The notes beneath the pieces are model-generated. The model made no database searches and was not told the origin of the DNA. It saw nothing but the letters and a program-made list of their open reading frames with translations. The position numbers and the translations under genes were made by a program. Shown here piece after piece: positions 8,822 to 18,424 of a stretch of DNA of 64,000 nucleotides. The DNA is from an uncultured virus (IMG/VR IMGVR_UViG_3300034065_000114) (taxonomy: Duplodnaviria; Heunggongvirae; Uroviricota; Caudoviricetes): positions 1 through 64,000 of IMG/VR virus record IMGVR_UViG_3300034065_000114; one strand, 5' to 3'. Numbering within the stretch: position 1 is the first letter of the stretch; the number at the start of each line of letters is the position of its first letter.

Positions 8822-9387
8822 TGGCGCACCCCATGCGCAGCAAGTGTGTAACCAAGCTTCCGCTGGCACTCTTCCCGAAGTGGCTTGACTGTCTGGATCA
8901 TCTGCTCAAGTGCTGTTTGGTACTTCCGCTCAGCCGCCAGCCGCTCATCCAGAAATTCTTTGGTAACCACAATCAGTGAATCGTCAACGATACCTAGTTC
9001 TTCTTGAACCTTCGTAACCGGCTTCAGGTTGTCCACTGAAGGTATTGGAGCGACCTCGCCGCTCCCACCGTTTGCAGGATCGGAGGTAGCCACCCGGCAA
9101 TCGTGGAGGAAGAAGACTTCGTCACGAAGCTTTTCGGCAAAGTAATAGTTTGCCATCTCTTGCGAGCGTAGTTCGACTTCAGCACTTTTCTTGATCTGGA
9201 TGACCGCTTGGCCGTCGTCATTAATACCGATCTCGCCATAGGTGCTGTGTCCTTTTACGTTGAGGTTGGTGTCGTCGAGTTCCTTGGCTTGGTGCTGCGT
9301 GGCGCAGCCGGTTAAGTAGGCTAGGATAGGGCACAGAGCCAGGATCGTAATGGCCAGGCGAAATTGTAGGCGTTCTTGCTTGTTCAT
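8818..9387 (-). CDS. Putative lipoprotein
   Basis: Start 9387 after AAGGGAGAACAC; hydrophobic leader ending LTGC. Confidence 0.78.
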   Translation of the reverse strand: MNKQERLQFRLAITILALCPILAYLTGCATQHQAKELDDTNLNVKGHSTYGEIGINDDGQAVIQIKKSAEVELRSQEMANYYFAEKLRDEVFFLHDCRVATSDPANGGSGEVAPIPSVDNLKPVTKVQEELGIVDDSLIVVTKEFLDERLAAERKYQTALEQMIQTVKPLREECQRKLGYTLAAHGVRQ

Positions 9388-9411
9388 GTGTTCTCCCTTT
9401 GTTGTTAGTTC

Positions 9412-9436
9412 CACTAAGGCCCCGAAGGGCCTAGTG
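9412..9436 (-). promoter_or_regulatory. C(UUCG)G hairpin upstream of an RBS
   Basis: CACTAGGCCC-TTCG-GGGCCTTAGTG; no U tract. Confidence 0.65.
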
Positions 9437-9437
9437 C

Positions 9438-9758
9438 TCACTTTAGGTGAGCTATCCAGACATCACCGAACTTGAATAGATGGTCTCCTGTCACATTGTC
9501 ATAGATACCTTGCCCATCCTTCCTGGCGGTGATGCCACAACTGTAACAGACGTACTTATCATCGTCCTTGGCGGAGACGCAGACGCTTTTGCAGATGAGG
9601 CAACGGACGCCAACTCCACGTTCCACCAGACTAAGCGCCTGAGCATCGTCCGGTTCCTTAACGCCGCCGGACTGCAATAACTTACCCACCCGAAGGCTCA
9701 TGGCGTAGTTGTGTTCCGGAGACAAATCCATCTTTAGTCTAAGTATGCGGTCAGTCAT
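9438..9758 (-). CDS. Zinc-ribbon protein
   Basis: CLIC...CYSC; AAGGGAGAACAC RBS. Confidence 0.75.
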   Translation of the reverse strand: MTDRILRLKMDLSPEHNYAMSLRVGKLLQSGGVKEPDDAQALSLVERGVGVRCLICKSVCVSAKDDDKYVCYSCGITARKDGQGIYDNVTGDHLFKFGDVWIAHLK

Positions 9759-9768
9759 GTGTTCTCCC

Positions 9769-9945
9769 TTATGGTTTGATCATCTTAACGATATGCCCAG
9801 CACCAGGCACCAAATCGACGAGCTGCGAGAGGCCTCGTATTACGACCTCTTGCTGGTGATCGTCGAACGGTGGCGGTTGGGCGATGCCTAGCGTGGCACA
9901 GCTTGTTAGCCACATAGTCAGAGCCAACGCGATAAGAGGCCTCAT
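9769..9945 (-). CDS. Small lipoprotein (58 aa), not in the ORF track
   Basis: MRPLIALALTMWLTSC-ATLG...KMIKP; ATGA overlap upstream; stop abuts the next RBS. Confidence 0.78.
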   Translation of the reverse strand: MRPLIALALTMWLTSCATLGIAQPPPFDDHQQEVVIRGLSQLVDLVPGAGHIVKMIKP

Positions 9946-10214
9946 GACTTGGCCTTCCGCTCCATCCGGCCCATCTCTTCAAGCAGGGCAACCGCGTACT
10001 TGGCTTGGTCTTGCCTCTTCATCAGGAGGCGGCTAAGTAGCCCTCCCACCAAACTCAGCACAAAGCTAACGCCGATCATCACCCAGAAGCCGTAGCGGTA
10101 CCAGACTTCCCAGTAGACGAAGAGACTTACCGGGATCATGGCTAGCAGCGAGATTAAGTAGGCCTTCGGATAAGTACGCCACATGGCGATAAGCACGACA
10201 AAAACCATGTTCAT
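9942..10214 (-). CDS. Small membrane protein
   Basis: Two to three hydrophobic segments; AAGGGAGAACAC RBS. Confidence 0.78.
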   Translation of the reverse strand: MNMVFVVLIAMWRTYPKAYLISLLAMIPVSLFVYWEVWYRYGFWVMIGVSFVLSLVGGLLSRLLMKRQDQAKYAVALLEEMGRMERKAKS

Positions 10215-10243
10215 TGTGTTCTCCCTTATTGTTGTTTCACTAG

Positions 10244-10259
10244 GGGGCCCGAAGGCCCC
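10244..10259 (-). promoter_or_regulatory. C(UUCG)G hairpin upstream of an RBS
   Basis: GGGGCC-TTCG-GGCCCC; no U tract. Confidence 0.65.
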
Positions 10260-10264
10260 ATCGT

Positions 10265-10501
10265 TCAGTTACTGCTGGCGACCCGATTAGCCTTTGCAGC
10301 TATCCGAGCTTCCTTCTCCCGAGACTCCCGAAGCTTACGTTCCGTACGGCTTTCCTTACGGCGTTCCACAGCGTCACCGACGATCTCACCCATGCTGACG
10401 ATGCAATGCGCCACGATCACCGAACAGACCGAGACGACCGCAATAGTCCACGCACCGGAGCAGATCTGGCTGGCCAAAGACACTTGATTGTTGTTTTCCA
10501 C
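10265..10501 (-). CDS. Small single-pass membrane protein
   Basis: Hydrophobic segment then a charged tail; AGGGAG RBS. Confidence 0.7.
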   Translation of the reverse strand: MENNNQVSLASQICSGAWTIAVVSVCSVIVAHCIVSMGEIVGDAVERRKESRTERKLRESREKEARIAAKANRVASSN

Positions 10502-10580
10502 GACGCTCTCCCTGATAGGTTAAAATAAACAAACCCTTGTTTAGAAGAACTACCACAATGGTAATTCTTTCTTCATAGTC

Positions 10581-10588
10581 CTTATACC
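10581..10588 (-). promoter_or_regulatory. GGTATAAG putative promoter
   Basis: Intergenic, between a terminator and the envelope-protein operon. Confidence 0.65.
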
Positions 10589-10640
10589 CAGAAAAGGGCT
10601 GTTTTTTCAGGATTTAGGGCTATTTGGGGCACCCCTATAA

Positions 10641-10678
10641 TGGGTAAAAAAAGACCCCGAAGGGTCACTTTTTACCCA
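10641..10678 (-). terminator. Intrinsic terminator with UUCG loop, possibly bidirectional
   Basis: GACCC-TTCG-GGGTC followed by T7 on the minus strand; T5 on the plus side. Confidence 0.78.
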
Positions 10679-10688
10679 CTAAAATGGG

Positions 10689-11243
10689 TCAATTTAGCTC
10701 TATTCGGGGAGTACCTGGCGGGGGTCCATAGAACAGCTTTCCGGTAGGAACCGGCCCTCCGGGCGGCAGCCTGGGGTCTTGCCCCATAACTAGCTCGCCC
10801 GGGTAGCGGGTTTTGTCCTCTAGCTGGACGATGTTGTAAACGAACTGCCAATATCTGGCGGGGTCTTGGATAGTCAGGCAGAGCGCGCGGAACGCTCCGG
10901 GGAGGGTGTTAACGTCTATCTTGCCTGACATGATGTCCGCGTATTGCGGATCACTTGGCAGGGTGTGGCGAAGAACGACCTCAGAGGTGTAGGACACCCG
11001 CTGAGGCCGTTTTTCCTGAACGAGGGCCTTCAGGCTATCAAGAACCGTCTCGCGGTCGGCGGCGCCCAAGGTGGGGTTTATGGTGTAAACCTCCGCCTTG
11101 GTGCCAAATACCGCCACGAACGTAGGTGGGTAGTACCCTCTCTGAATGATGGCTTTTGCCTCCTCATAGATGAAACTGATGAACTCGTCGACGTCTAGCG
11201 GCCGTTCGAACTGGATTTCCTTGCTTTCAAAATGAGACATCAT
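10689..11243 (-). CDS. Hypothetical protein
   Basis: 184 aa directly downstream of the primase-helicase. Confidence 0.75.
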   Translation of the reverse strand: MMSHFESKEIQFERPLDVDEFISFIYEEAKAIIQRGYYPPTFVAVFGTKAEVYTINPTLGAADRETVLDSLKALVQEKRPQRVSYTSEVVLRHTLPSDPQYADIMSGKIDVNTLPGAFRALCLTIQDPARYWQFVYNIVQLEDKTRYPGELVMGQDPRLPPGGPVPTGKLFYGPPPGTPRIELN

Positions 11244-14200
11244 CGACTTTACCCAGCGGTAGTGGTTCTGTTCCGCCCACTACTCTGAGTGGTGTTGTGA
11301 TACCGAGCTTGTGCAGGTCCATTGCCCAGTACCTCTTCTGCGCTTTGAGCGAGGAAACGTAGACTGACTCCGTTGACTCGTTCTGCTTGTTGGTCCTGAG
11401 ATACCCGTCTTCGTAAAGCTGCCGGCCAATGGACTTGATCGTACCCACCAGGTTGGTGTTGCGCAGGTAATTCTTGACCGCTTCCCATGCCGCGGTTGGA
11501 TGGATAAACGCAATGTGCGCCGACCCAATGTCCCGGGACTGGATAAAGCCGATCTGCGGCTTCCCTTCAGCAACATACCCCTCTAGGTCCTTGATGGACA
11601 CCTGCCTGGTATCAATCAAGTAGTATAGGGCCTCAGCAAATATCCGGCCATTCTGCTCGTTCTCGCAGTTGCCAATGGTGCCAAACGCCAACGAGACGAT
11701 GTGGTGCCAATGCTCTGCGATTAGCTCCTCCTGTTCCCTTGGCCCAACCACCCCGCTATGCAGCATGAACTCTACCCAGAGCTGCCAAGTCAGGTGGTTG
11801 ATAGCCAGGTTAACCGCAACGCGCGCGGCGTTCTGCCGGCTTTGGAACTCCGTCTGAAGCTTCATCCGGATGTCGTTGAGCTTTGGCTTGAACGACGACA
11901 CGTCGGCATTCAAGATCCAGTGGATGAACCTAGCGGTCACCCCTTGGTAGTTCTGGTAGAACTCCTGGCACCGGTTGTAACTGTCGAGCGTCTTTGTCGT
12001 ATCCTGCCGTTTTGTCTCGATCAGGATGGTTCTGGCAATGATGCTCGCCTCCCCGCTAATGAACTGCTCGCCGGTGCCTAGAATGGTTGCCCGAACGGCC
12101 TTCAGCGCGCGCGGCGTCCCATCCCTGTTCAGCTTAACTGACTCTTGCCGGTCGTAGCCGTAGTGGAAGAGATCCGTTACGGCTGCGATCTGGTACTTGT
12201 CGAGGCCCTTATAGTCGTCTAGCACCAGCAGCGCGTCCTTGCATTCGAACGCTTCGTACATCGCCCCGTTACCGGATGACTTCAGGTTCAACACCTTATC
12301 GAAGTTGCCCCAAAACCATTGCAACGCACAGGCTAGTTCCGTCTTGCCAGCTCCGGTAAGCCCCTCGAAGAAGAGCGACGGCTGCTGCTTCAGCTGGAAG
12401 ATGTGTGACGTGACCGGTAACATCGCATGGGATATTCCAATCGTCGTCCACTGCCGCGGCCAGCTATTGAGCATGTCCGTCTTGATGCTCATCATCGCCG
12501 ACATAAACTCGTCGTCACCAAGGATCTTGAAGTCATACTTCCGGGCATATGCCTTGTTTGAGAGATCCAGCCGCATCTCTGTATTAGGCTTTACTCCGTC
12601 TTTGTCCACAACCACGCTCGGCATGATATAGGAATTGCCATACCAGCCCTGAGTTGTCAGGTACTCGTTGTAGGCAATCCCAGCCTTGATCGAAAAGGCC
12701 ATAGCAGCCTGACGCACGCCGCCAAGGTTTTGCCGAATGATGTTGTAGCCAGAGCTTAAGAGGCGCCCGAAGTACTTCGAGAATTCGGTGTTGTCCTCCC
12801 ACGTGTCCGAATCCACCTCAAACTTGCGCTCCATGCCATGGGTACGCGCCGTGCCGAGGTAGACTGTCTTAACCACCTTGCCTTCGTCGGTGTAGGACTT
12901 CACCTCCTCAATCTGGAAGTCCGTCTGCGAGATCGACTTCTGTGTCTTATCCTTGAGGTTGACCGTCGAGTAGCCATAAGGCCGATCCTTCTTGTACGAG
13001 TTACCCTGGATGTGCAAGATGTCGTCGCGCTTGGACGTCGACTCCTTGTACTCCTTGGTGGCCTCGGCTTTGCCTTCACGGAAGGCTTTGCCGATTTCGC
13101 CGACGCGGGAGACTTTGTTGGACTTGAGGAAGTCCTTCAGCTCTTTCTGCTGATCCTCGTCGAAGACCATTGCGCGTACAGCGAGGGCTGCGAGTGCTTT
13201 GGCCTTTGCGTCGGTGTCCTCCACATCCTTTAGCGCAAGTGCCTCCTCCATAAGACGCTTGAGGAAGTCTTCGCCTTTGCCGAAGGCGTAGCGAACTGGT
13301 GAGGGCTGGATCCACTCACGCTCTGGGGCGTCGTGCAGCGTGACTTGTTGGCCCTCAACCGTTATAGTCGGCGGGCGTGGTTTGAAGCATTGAGTCTTCG
13401 GCAGACAAATACCATTTTCTCTCATCTTCTGGCACGTATGCGGACGATAATTTTTGTCCACCGAGTGCTCTAGCTGCTTCCAGTCTTGCTCGTTCTGTCC
13501 CCATCCAGGGACGTTCTTGCGAAACCAGTCCAGCCCATCTACCGTCGCCATGCACATGTGAAAAAGGGAAAAACCCTCTTGATGGGATACTACCTGCCCA
13601 GCTAAAGCCTTATCGCGCACACGGCGCAGTGCAGCGCAGCCATCCAACACCTTCTCTATAGAGCCTTGCAGCGGCGGCTGCCACTTAGAGTTCCTCGAGT
13701 TTCCCATGCCGGTGCTGTAAGTGCGGGAGGGGCCAGAGGTCTGCTGTTCTTCGATCAGCTCGATCCCTTCCTTCTCGATAACTGCATCGAGCTGGGCAAC
13801 AGACACGAGCGGAAATGTATCTAGGAAGTTCCACTGCGCTTCGATTACGTGGTCGATGGGCACAGAGTCATCGTCCACCCCCTCGGCAATCTCTGCCAAG
13901 GGAACCAAGTGCAGATGACCCTTTTCCACTACCGGAGCTGGCACTGGCTGAAGATCTGCTTTGAAGCGTCCGATCACAATGTTTCGCTCATCGACGAAAC
14001 AATTGCGCCCAACACTAAAGCGATGCTCGACACAGGGGGGCTTAATTCCGTTTCCAATGCCTGAAGGGCTGTTGGCGCTTTGCTTGGGGAAAACCTCCGG
14101 CAATCCCTTAATGCCCATACGGAGGTTTTGCATAAAGCCAACGCGCTCGCAGAGTTCGTACATTATGGAACGAACTTTGTACGCAGGATAGAAAGCATCG

Positions 14201-14655
14201 AGGAACCCATATAAATGCCATCCCGCGGTTGTCGACCTAGCTGCCGCAGTGGGAATGCCCCATTCTTTTAGCTGCTGCTGCGCCCGCGATACCTCTGCCC
14301 AGGTATAGCGCTTCGTCACTTCCATGTGTTCCTTCGCATCGAAGTCGAGTGCGAAGAACTTCACAGTGTTGTCGAGAAGTAACGTGTAGTGGATAATTTC
14401 GTCATCGCCGTGGATGTGGCGAAGCACAGACTCGTCGCTGACTGGAACGTACTGCTTAATCTCACAGCTATCGCAACGAGTGCCGTCGCGGAGCTTCAGG
14501 TGGCAGCGATCAGACCAGATATTGGCACATTTGGGGCTGTAGGAGCCTCGCTGCTTCCCGTCCTCCTGTTGCACATAGAACTTGACCCCGAAAACATCTT
14601 GCCTGCCGTAGAATTTTTGGCGGAAGATGCGTGCCTTGTCCTGGTCTGAATACAT
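11227..14655 (-). CDS. AEP (TOTE-like) primase, PriL-like Cys domain and P-loop (DUF927/SF3-like) helicase fusion
   Basis: FYGRQDVF, ALDFD, RSTTAGWHLY, EVFPKQ, GNGIKPP; C...YRPHTC..C..C; Walker A GLTGAGKT; Walker B LVLDD. Confidence 0.85.
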   Translation of the reverse strand: MYSDQDKARIFRQKFYGRQDVFGVKFYVQQEDGKQRGSYSPKCANIWSDRCHLKLRDGTRCDSCEIKQYVPVSDESVLRHIHGDDEIIHYTLLLDNTVKFFALDFDAKEHMEVTKRYTWAEVSRAQQQLKEWGIPTAAARSTTAGWHLYGFLDAFYPAYKVRSIMYELCERVGFMQNLRMGIKGLPEVFPKQSANSPSGIGNGIKPPCVEHRFSVGRNCFVDERNIVIGRFKADLQPVPAPVVEKGHLHLVPLAEIAEGVDDDSVPIDHVIEAQWNFLDTFPLVSVAQLDAVIEKEGIELIEEQQTSGPSRTYSTGMGNSRNSKWQPPLQGSIEKVLDGCAALRRVRDKALAGQVVSHQEGFSLFHMCMATVDGLDWFRKNVPGWGQNEQDWKQLEHSVDKNYRPHTCQKMRENGICLPKTQCFKPRPPTITVEGQQVTLHDAPEREWIQPSPVRYAFGKGEDFLKRLMEEALALKDVEDTDAKAKALAALAVRAMVFDEDQQKELKDFLKSNKVSRVGEIGKAFREGKAEATKEYKESTSKRDDILHIQGNSYKKDRPYGYSTVNLKDKTQKSISQTDFQIEEVKSYTDEGKVVKTVYLGTARTHGMERKFEVDSDTWEDNTEFSKYFGRLLSSGYNIIRQNLGGVRQAAMAFSIKAGIAYNEYLTTQGWYGNSYIMPSVVVDKDGVKPNTEMRLDLSNKAYARKYDFKILGDDEFMSAMMSIKTDMLNSWPRQWTTIGISHAMLPVTSHIFQLKQQPSLFFEGLTGAGKTELACALQWFWGNFDKVLNLKSSGNGAMYEAFECKDALLVLDDYKGLDKYQIAAVTDLFHYGYDRQESVKLNRDGTPRALKAVRATILGTGEQFISGEASIIARTILIETKRQDTTKTLDSYNRCQEFYQNYQGVTARFIHWILNADVSSFKPKLNDIRMKLQTEFQSRQNAARVAVNLAINHLTWQLWVEFMLHSGVVGPREQEELIAEHWHHIVSLAFGTIGNCENEQNGRIFAEALYYLIDTRQVSIKDLEGYVAEGKPQIGFIQSRDIGSAHIAFIHPTAAWEAVKNYLRNTNLVGTIKSIGRQLYEDGYLRTNKQNESTESVYVSSLKAQKRYWAMDLHKLGITTPLRVVGGTEPLPLGKVDDVSF

Positions 14656-14658
14656 AAC

Positions 14659-15582
14659 TCACTCCCTGATGTTAAGTTCCCGCGCCCGACGCGCTTCCCA
14701 CATACGCTTATACTTATCGTTGCCAATAGCCCCTGACGGCGTGAACACAGCACGCTCTTCGCTCCACCCCTTGGACAGGCGAGTGCAGATGCAAGATGTA
14801 GATAGGCCCACCTCTGCGGCCCAATCCACCAGTAATTGGGTTCTGCCGTTAAGGGTGATGGGGTGCAGACCCGCACGGTTTCTTGCTTGTTCAGTAGGCG
14901 TGGCCCACCGGCAAAGACCGGGGCCATAGTTACCGCCCTTCATTCGATCCAGGCTTGTACCCGGCGGTCTCTTCCCCATGTCAGCAAGAAAATTTTCAAA
15001 AGTGTGCCAACGTAGGTCAACCGTCACCCCCTTAGCCCCATAGCTCTGGTAGCTTTTGCGCGCAGGATTGTAGCATCGGTCCATCATGGCACCCCAAGAC
15101 TGATACTCTCGGGAACATCTTCCTGTTGGATGGTGTCCGTGGGTTGTGTTGGCAGTTACTCTGGTTTCTTTCTGCAGGCACCCACAGGATTTGGTGCCTC
15201 CCCTGAGTAGATTGTTGGCGTGGGCTAAGCGTTCCCCTCCGCATGTGCATTTGCACACCCAAAAAGTTCTACCGTCGCGCCCCCTTTCCTCAGATCTACC
15301 CATGACGGTCAATCTCTCAAAAACTTGTCCAGTAAGGTCACCGTGAGTTGTTGTGTTTTGCTTCCCCCTGGCACCTGGGGAGAGCCGTCGATAACAACCA
15401 CAAGAGATGCGGCGCCCGCTGGTCAGGTCCTTGCCAAGGGAGGGCACTTCATTGCCGCAGTCACATTTACAGATCCAGGGACGTCTGCCAGATAGACGGA
15501 ACTCTTTTCTGGTCTCCACCCGTAAAGCCACCAACTTCCCAAATCGTCTGCCGGTTAGATCGTTTTTGTCGCTTCTTCGCAT
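14659..15582 (-). CDS. Free-standing HNH-like (His-Me finger) homing endonuclease with two Cys-rich repeats
   Basis: Two DLTG.xF..L...W.CKC.CG...SCGC units, then RCYNP..Y..YG.KG...RW..FENFL.DMG.RP...SLDR...NY...CRWAT..EQ.RN. Confidence 0.82.
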   Translation of the reverse strand: MRRSDKNDLTGRRFGKLVALRVETRKEFRLSGRRPWICKCDCGNEVPSLGKDLTSGRRISCGCYRRLSPGARGKQNTTTHGDLTGQVFERLTVMGRSEERGRDGRTFWVCKCTCGGERLAHANNLLRGGTKSCGCLQKETRVTANTTHGHHPTGRCSREYQSWGAMMDRCYNPARKSYQSYGAKGVTVDLRWHTFENFLADMGKRPPGTSLDRMKGGNYGPGLCRWATPTEQARNRAGLHPITLNGRTQLLVDWAAEVGLSTSCICTRLSKGWSEERAVFTPSGAIGNDKYKRMWEARRARELNIRE

Positions 15583-17375
15583 TTGCCCCTCTTCTTCTTT
15601 TTCTTATGCCCCTTCACCTGATCCCTCAACCTCCCCCACACCTCCATCGCGTTATCGCCCACAAACTCAGGGTCGATCAAAACGGACTGTTGGTGCAGCT
15701 TCAGCGCGACGGTGTCATACATGGCCTCGTCGATGGTGTCTTTCGCCAGAAGGTAGTACACAATCATAGGAAAGCGTTGGGAGTTTCTACGTATCCTGTG
15801 GATGGCTTGATATTGGTCTTCGGAGCTGTGACTCATAGAATAGAACACCATGTAGTGGGCAACGGTCAGTGTGACGCCGTGTGCGCAGGATTTGGGATGT
15901 AGCAAGATAATGCGAATAGCGGGGTCTTTGATGAAGGCTTCGAGATTGGCTAGCTTACGCGCGGTGGGCGTATCCCCGTAGTAGGAAACGACACCGTGAT
16001 CCTTATACCGTTCTTCCAGCTCCCTAAACTCAAACCGATACTCACAATAAATAATTACCTTGCTCGCGCGGTCGATCTCTTCGTTCAGGAGTTGGTCGAG
16101 CATTTCAATCTTGGGGTTGACGCCCTCGATCGGGTGTGCGGCCTCCTCGGCGTCGATCATGAACCCGCCAGTGATTTGGCGAAGCTTCTGGATCTGTGCT
16201 AGTGCGATCGTCACCGCGATATGCTCGTTGTCAATCTCGGTGTGCAGCGTCTCTTCCATCTCGGCGTAGTGGGCGGCTTGAGGACGGCTCATGTCGACCA
16301 TGCGCTTGATGACAGTCAGCTCGGGGAGATCTGGCAGGGCGTCTTCTATGCGTATCCGGTAGGCGAGGGGGTTGATGATGTTACCGATAGCTTCGATGCT
16401 CTCGGGCTTGATCACGTAGGAGGTGAGTGTGTTGGGGTCAGATGGATTGCCGAAGTACACCGTGTTGGTATGCTCGGCTTTGAAATCTCTCCAGCTCGCT
16501 TCGAGGAGGAAACCGTGCGGATCTAGGAAGTGAAGCTGGGGCCACAGATCGACCGGAGAGTTTGGCGCTGGCGTGCCGCTCATAATAGCCCGACGTGGTG
16601 CGTGCTCCGCGACGTGCATCAGCGCCTTAACGAACGACCCGCCCTTAGAGCGCTCGCTGCGATACGATTTCATGACGGTGCTCTCATCACAGATAACGAA
16701 CTGGAAGCGCTTCGCTGCAAGCTCCTTCTGCATCAGCCGCAACCCGTCATGGTTTATGAGGTAGAGGTCGGCAGGATCCTCAAGAGCTTTAAGGATCTTT
16801 TCTCTCCGCTTGTGAGCGCTTGCACCCCACAGAACGTTCGCTTTCAAATTAGTGAGGTTCTGTATGTCGCCCATCCAGCCCTGGTACATGGTTGCCAGCT
16901 TTCCGCATACGAGCGTTTTACCCCTTGGTAATAGGCCCTTTTTGATAAGCTGCTCAACAGCCTGTGCCACCATCCACGTTTTTCCGACACCACAGCTAGC
17001 GAACAATGCCGCCCTCTGTACGTTCACCAAATACACCACGCCGCGATGCTGGTACGGCCCGATCGGGGCAGTCCTATAGTCGTATTGCGGAAGGTTGGGG
17101 CTCGTCTTCGCCAGCATCGCGGTTTCTATCATCTTGTTGAACTTGTTTAGTTCGACTTTGAGGCTCTCAATGCGGCCTTGGCCCTCTTGAACAGGGATGG
17201 GGCCAAACTGTTTATAGATGCGCTGAAGGTTTTGCTTGCTGAAAGCGAGATGCCAGGCACCAAGACGTTCGCTGTACTTGGCATGTTCTCCGATATGAAC
17301 CCACGGGGCTTCGTCGGTGGGCGCGCCCACATCACGAAGTATGATTTGATTTTTCCACACCGAAAGGGAAGGCAC
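15555..17375 (-). CDS. SNF2-family helicase
   Basis: YQHRG, GVGKT, ICDES, MSGTP, LRQIT, HGVTLT, QAIHRIRR; likely GTG start at 17375 after GGAGAACAC. Confidence 0.93.
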   Translation of the reverse strand: MPSLSVWKNQIILRDVGAPTDEAPWVHIGEHAKYSERLGAWHLAFSKQNLQRIYKQFGPIPVQEGQGRIESLKVELNKFNKMIETAMLAKTSPNLPQYDYRTAPIGPYQHRGVVYLVNVQRAALFASCGVGKTWMVAQAVEQLIKKGLLPRGKTLVCGKLATMYQGWMGDIQNLTNLKANVLWGASAHKRREKILKALEDPADLYLINHDGLRLMQKELAAKRFQFVICDESTVMKSYRSERSKGGSFVKALMHVAEHAPRRAIMSGTPAPNSPVDLWPQLHFLDPHGFLLEASWRDFKAEHTNTVYFGNPSDPNTLTSYVIKPESIEAIGNIINPLAYRIRIEDALPDLPELTVIKRMVDMSRPQAAHYAEMEETLHTEIDNEHIAVTIALAQIQKLRQITGGFMIDAEEAAHPIEGVNPKIEMLDQLLNEEIDRASKVIIYCEYRFEFRELEERYKDHGVVSYYGDTPTARKLANLEAFIKDPAIRIILLHPKSCAHGVTLTVAHYMVFYSMSHSSEDQYQAIHRIRRNSQRFPMIVYYLLAKDTIDEAMYDTVALKLHQQSVLIDPEFVGDNAMEVWGRLRDQVKGHKKKKKRGKCEEATKTI

Positions 17376-17925
17376 TATGTGTTCTCCTGGGATGATTCGC
17401 ACACGTCGTCACCGTGCACTGCCGACAGATATCCAACCCTCCCTGATCTCGGACTTGGGGATGGTCACTAAACGTGATGCATTTGTTGCAGAGTGTTTCT
17501 AGTCGGTCGCTATAGGGATCTCTGATTGTTTTGACGCAAGAAACCAAGGTACCACAGCTGGAACACTGTTCTCTACCCTTGCTCGAAATTCTCAGTCTCG
17601 ACGGGTCTGTAACAACTCCATCCACGACCAAACCCTGCAAAAACCATACATTCTCGCCGTCGGTGATGTGCTCCACTACTTCATCATGAGCGACAAGTGC
17701 GTAGACTTTATCGCTATTACCTCGGAAGGTTTTCATCCCCAATAAGTCTGCTGCGTCCGCCGCCCCCTCCCGTGAGGTCGCAATCCACTTCCTCGTCGCC
17801 GCGACGATGTAGTTGAGCCAGTCATCGGGGATGGTCTCAGAGGGTATCCCCGCCTCGAGGAGTTGACGCCGCACTCCGGCCCTCATCTCCGGGCTGGGAA
17901 AGAACGAGTTTGGTTTCTGGGTCAC
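17332..17925 (-). CDS. Hypothetical Cys-rich (zinc-binding) protein
   Basis: Three CxxC pairs in the C-terminal half. Confidence 0.7.
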   Translation of the reverse strand: MTQKPNSFFPSPEMRAGVRRQLLEAGIPSETIPDDWLNYIVAATRKWIATSREGAADAADLLGMKTFRGNSDKVYALVAHDEVVEHITDGENVWFLQGLVVDGVVTDPSRLRISSKGREQCSSCGTLVSCVKTIRDPYSDRLETLCNKCITFSDHPQVRDQGGLDICRQCTVTTCANHPRRTHSAFPFGVEKSNHTS

Positions 17926-18361
17926 TGAGAGATCCTCCGTAGGTGCAGTACATTTCTAGCGACTTAGCGAGGTTGCCGATGGCGCGGCCGCGGCCGATGA
18001 GTTCTTTGATGTGGTCGCCGTCGAGCTTGCTATGCACGGCCTCTTGCAGCATGAGCTGTGCATCGACGAGTGCCGCGATCCTGTCTTTGCCCGTCAGCTC
18101 GCGGACGAACGTCCTATACGCCTTGCGAATGGCTTCGAAGCGCGTGCGTTCTGCGTCGGTTATGGGTTTCTTCTGCCGCTCGCGGTCTTCCATGGACTGG
18201 ACGTAGTCGGCCATCTGCATCGCGAGGTAGTAGGGCAACTCGAAGAATTCGTTTGTGGGGACGCTCAGCCGAACGCCGCAGCTTGGGCAGTTCTCTAAGC
18301 CTGGCGAGGGTAGCTCGTATGAGCAGCTTGGGCAAAAGGCGGCAGCTTTCACGATTGTCAT
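17837..18361 (-). CDS. Zinc-ribbon protein
   Basis: CPSC...CPSCG at the N-terminus; GGAGG RBS. Confidence 0.75.
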   Translation of the reverse strand: MTIVKAAAFCPSCSYELPSPGLENCPSCGVRLSVPTNEFFELPYYLAMQMADYVQSMEDRERQKKPITDAERTRFEAIRKAYRTFVRELTGKDRIAALVDAQLMLQEAVHSKLDGDHIKELIGRGRAIGNLAKSLEMYCTYGGSLSDPETKLVLSQPGDEGRSAASTPRGGDTL

Positions 18362-18395
18362 TAGTTTCCTCCGAGGTTATTATTCGTCCAGGTGA

Positions 18396-18403
18396 CTTAT
18401 ACC
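18396..18403 (-). promoter_or_regulatory. GGTATAAG putative promoter at the strand switch
   Basis: 35 nt upstream of the first minus-strand gene. Confidence 0.65.
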
Positions 18404-18424
18404 TAATTGGGGAACACAAAAGTT

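Noticed and set aside
14656..15582. Intron or intein joining the SNF2 and primase genes
   Set aside because: SNF2 has all its motifs and a stop, the primase has its own RBS and start, and no intein ends are evident
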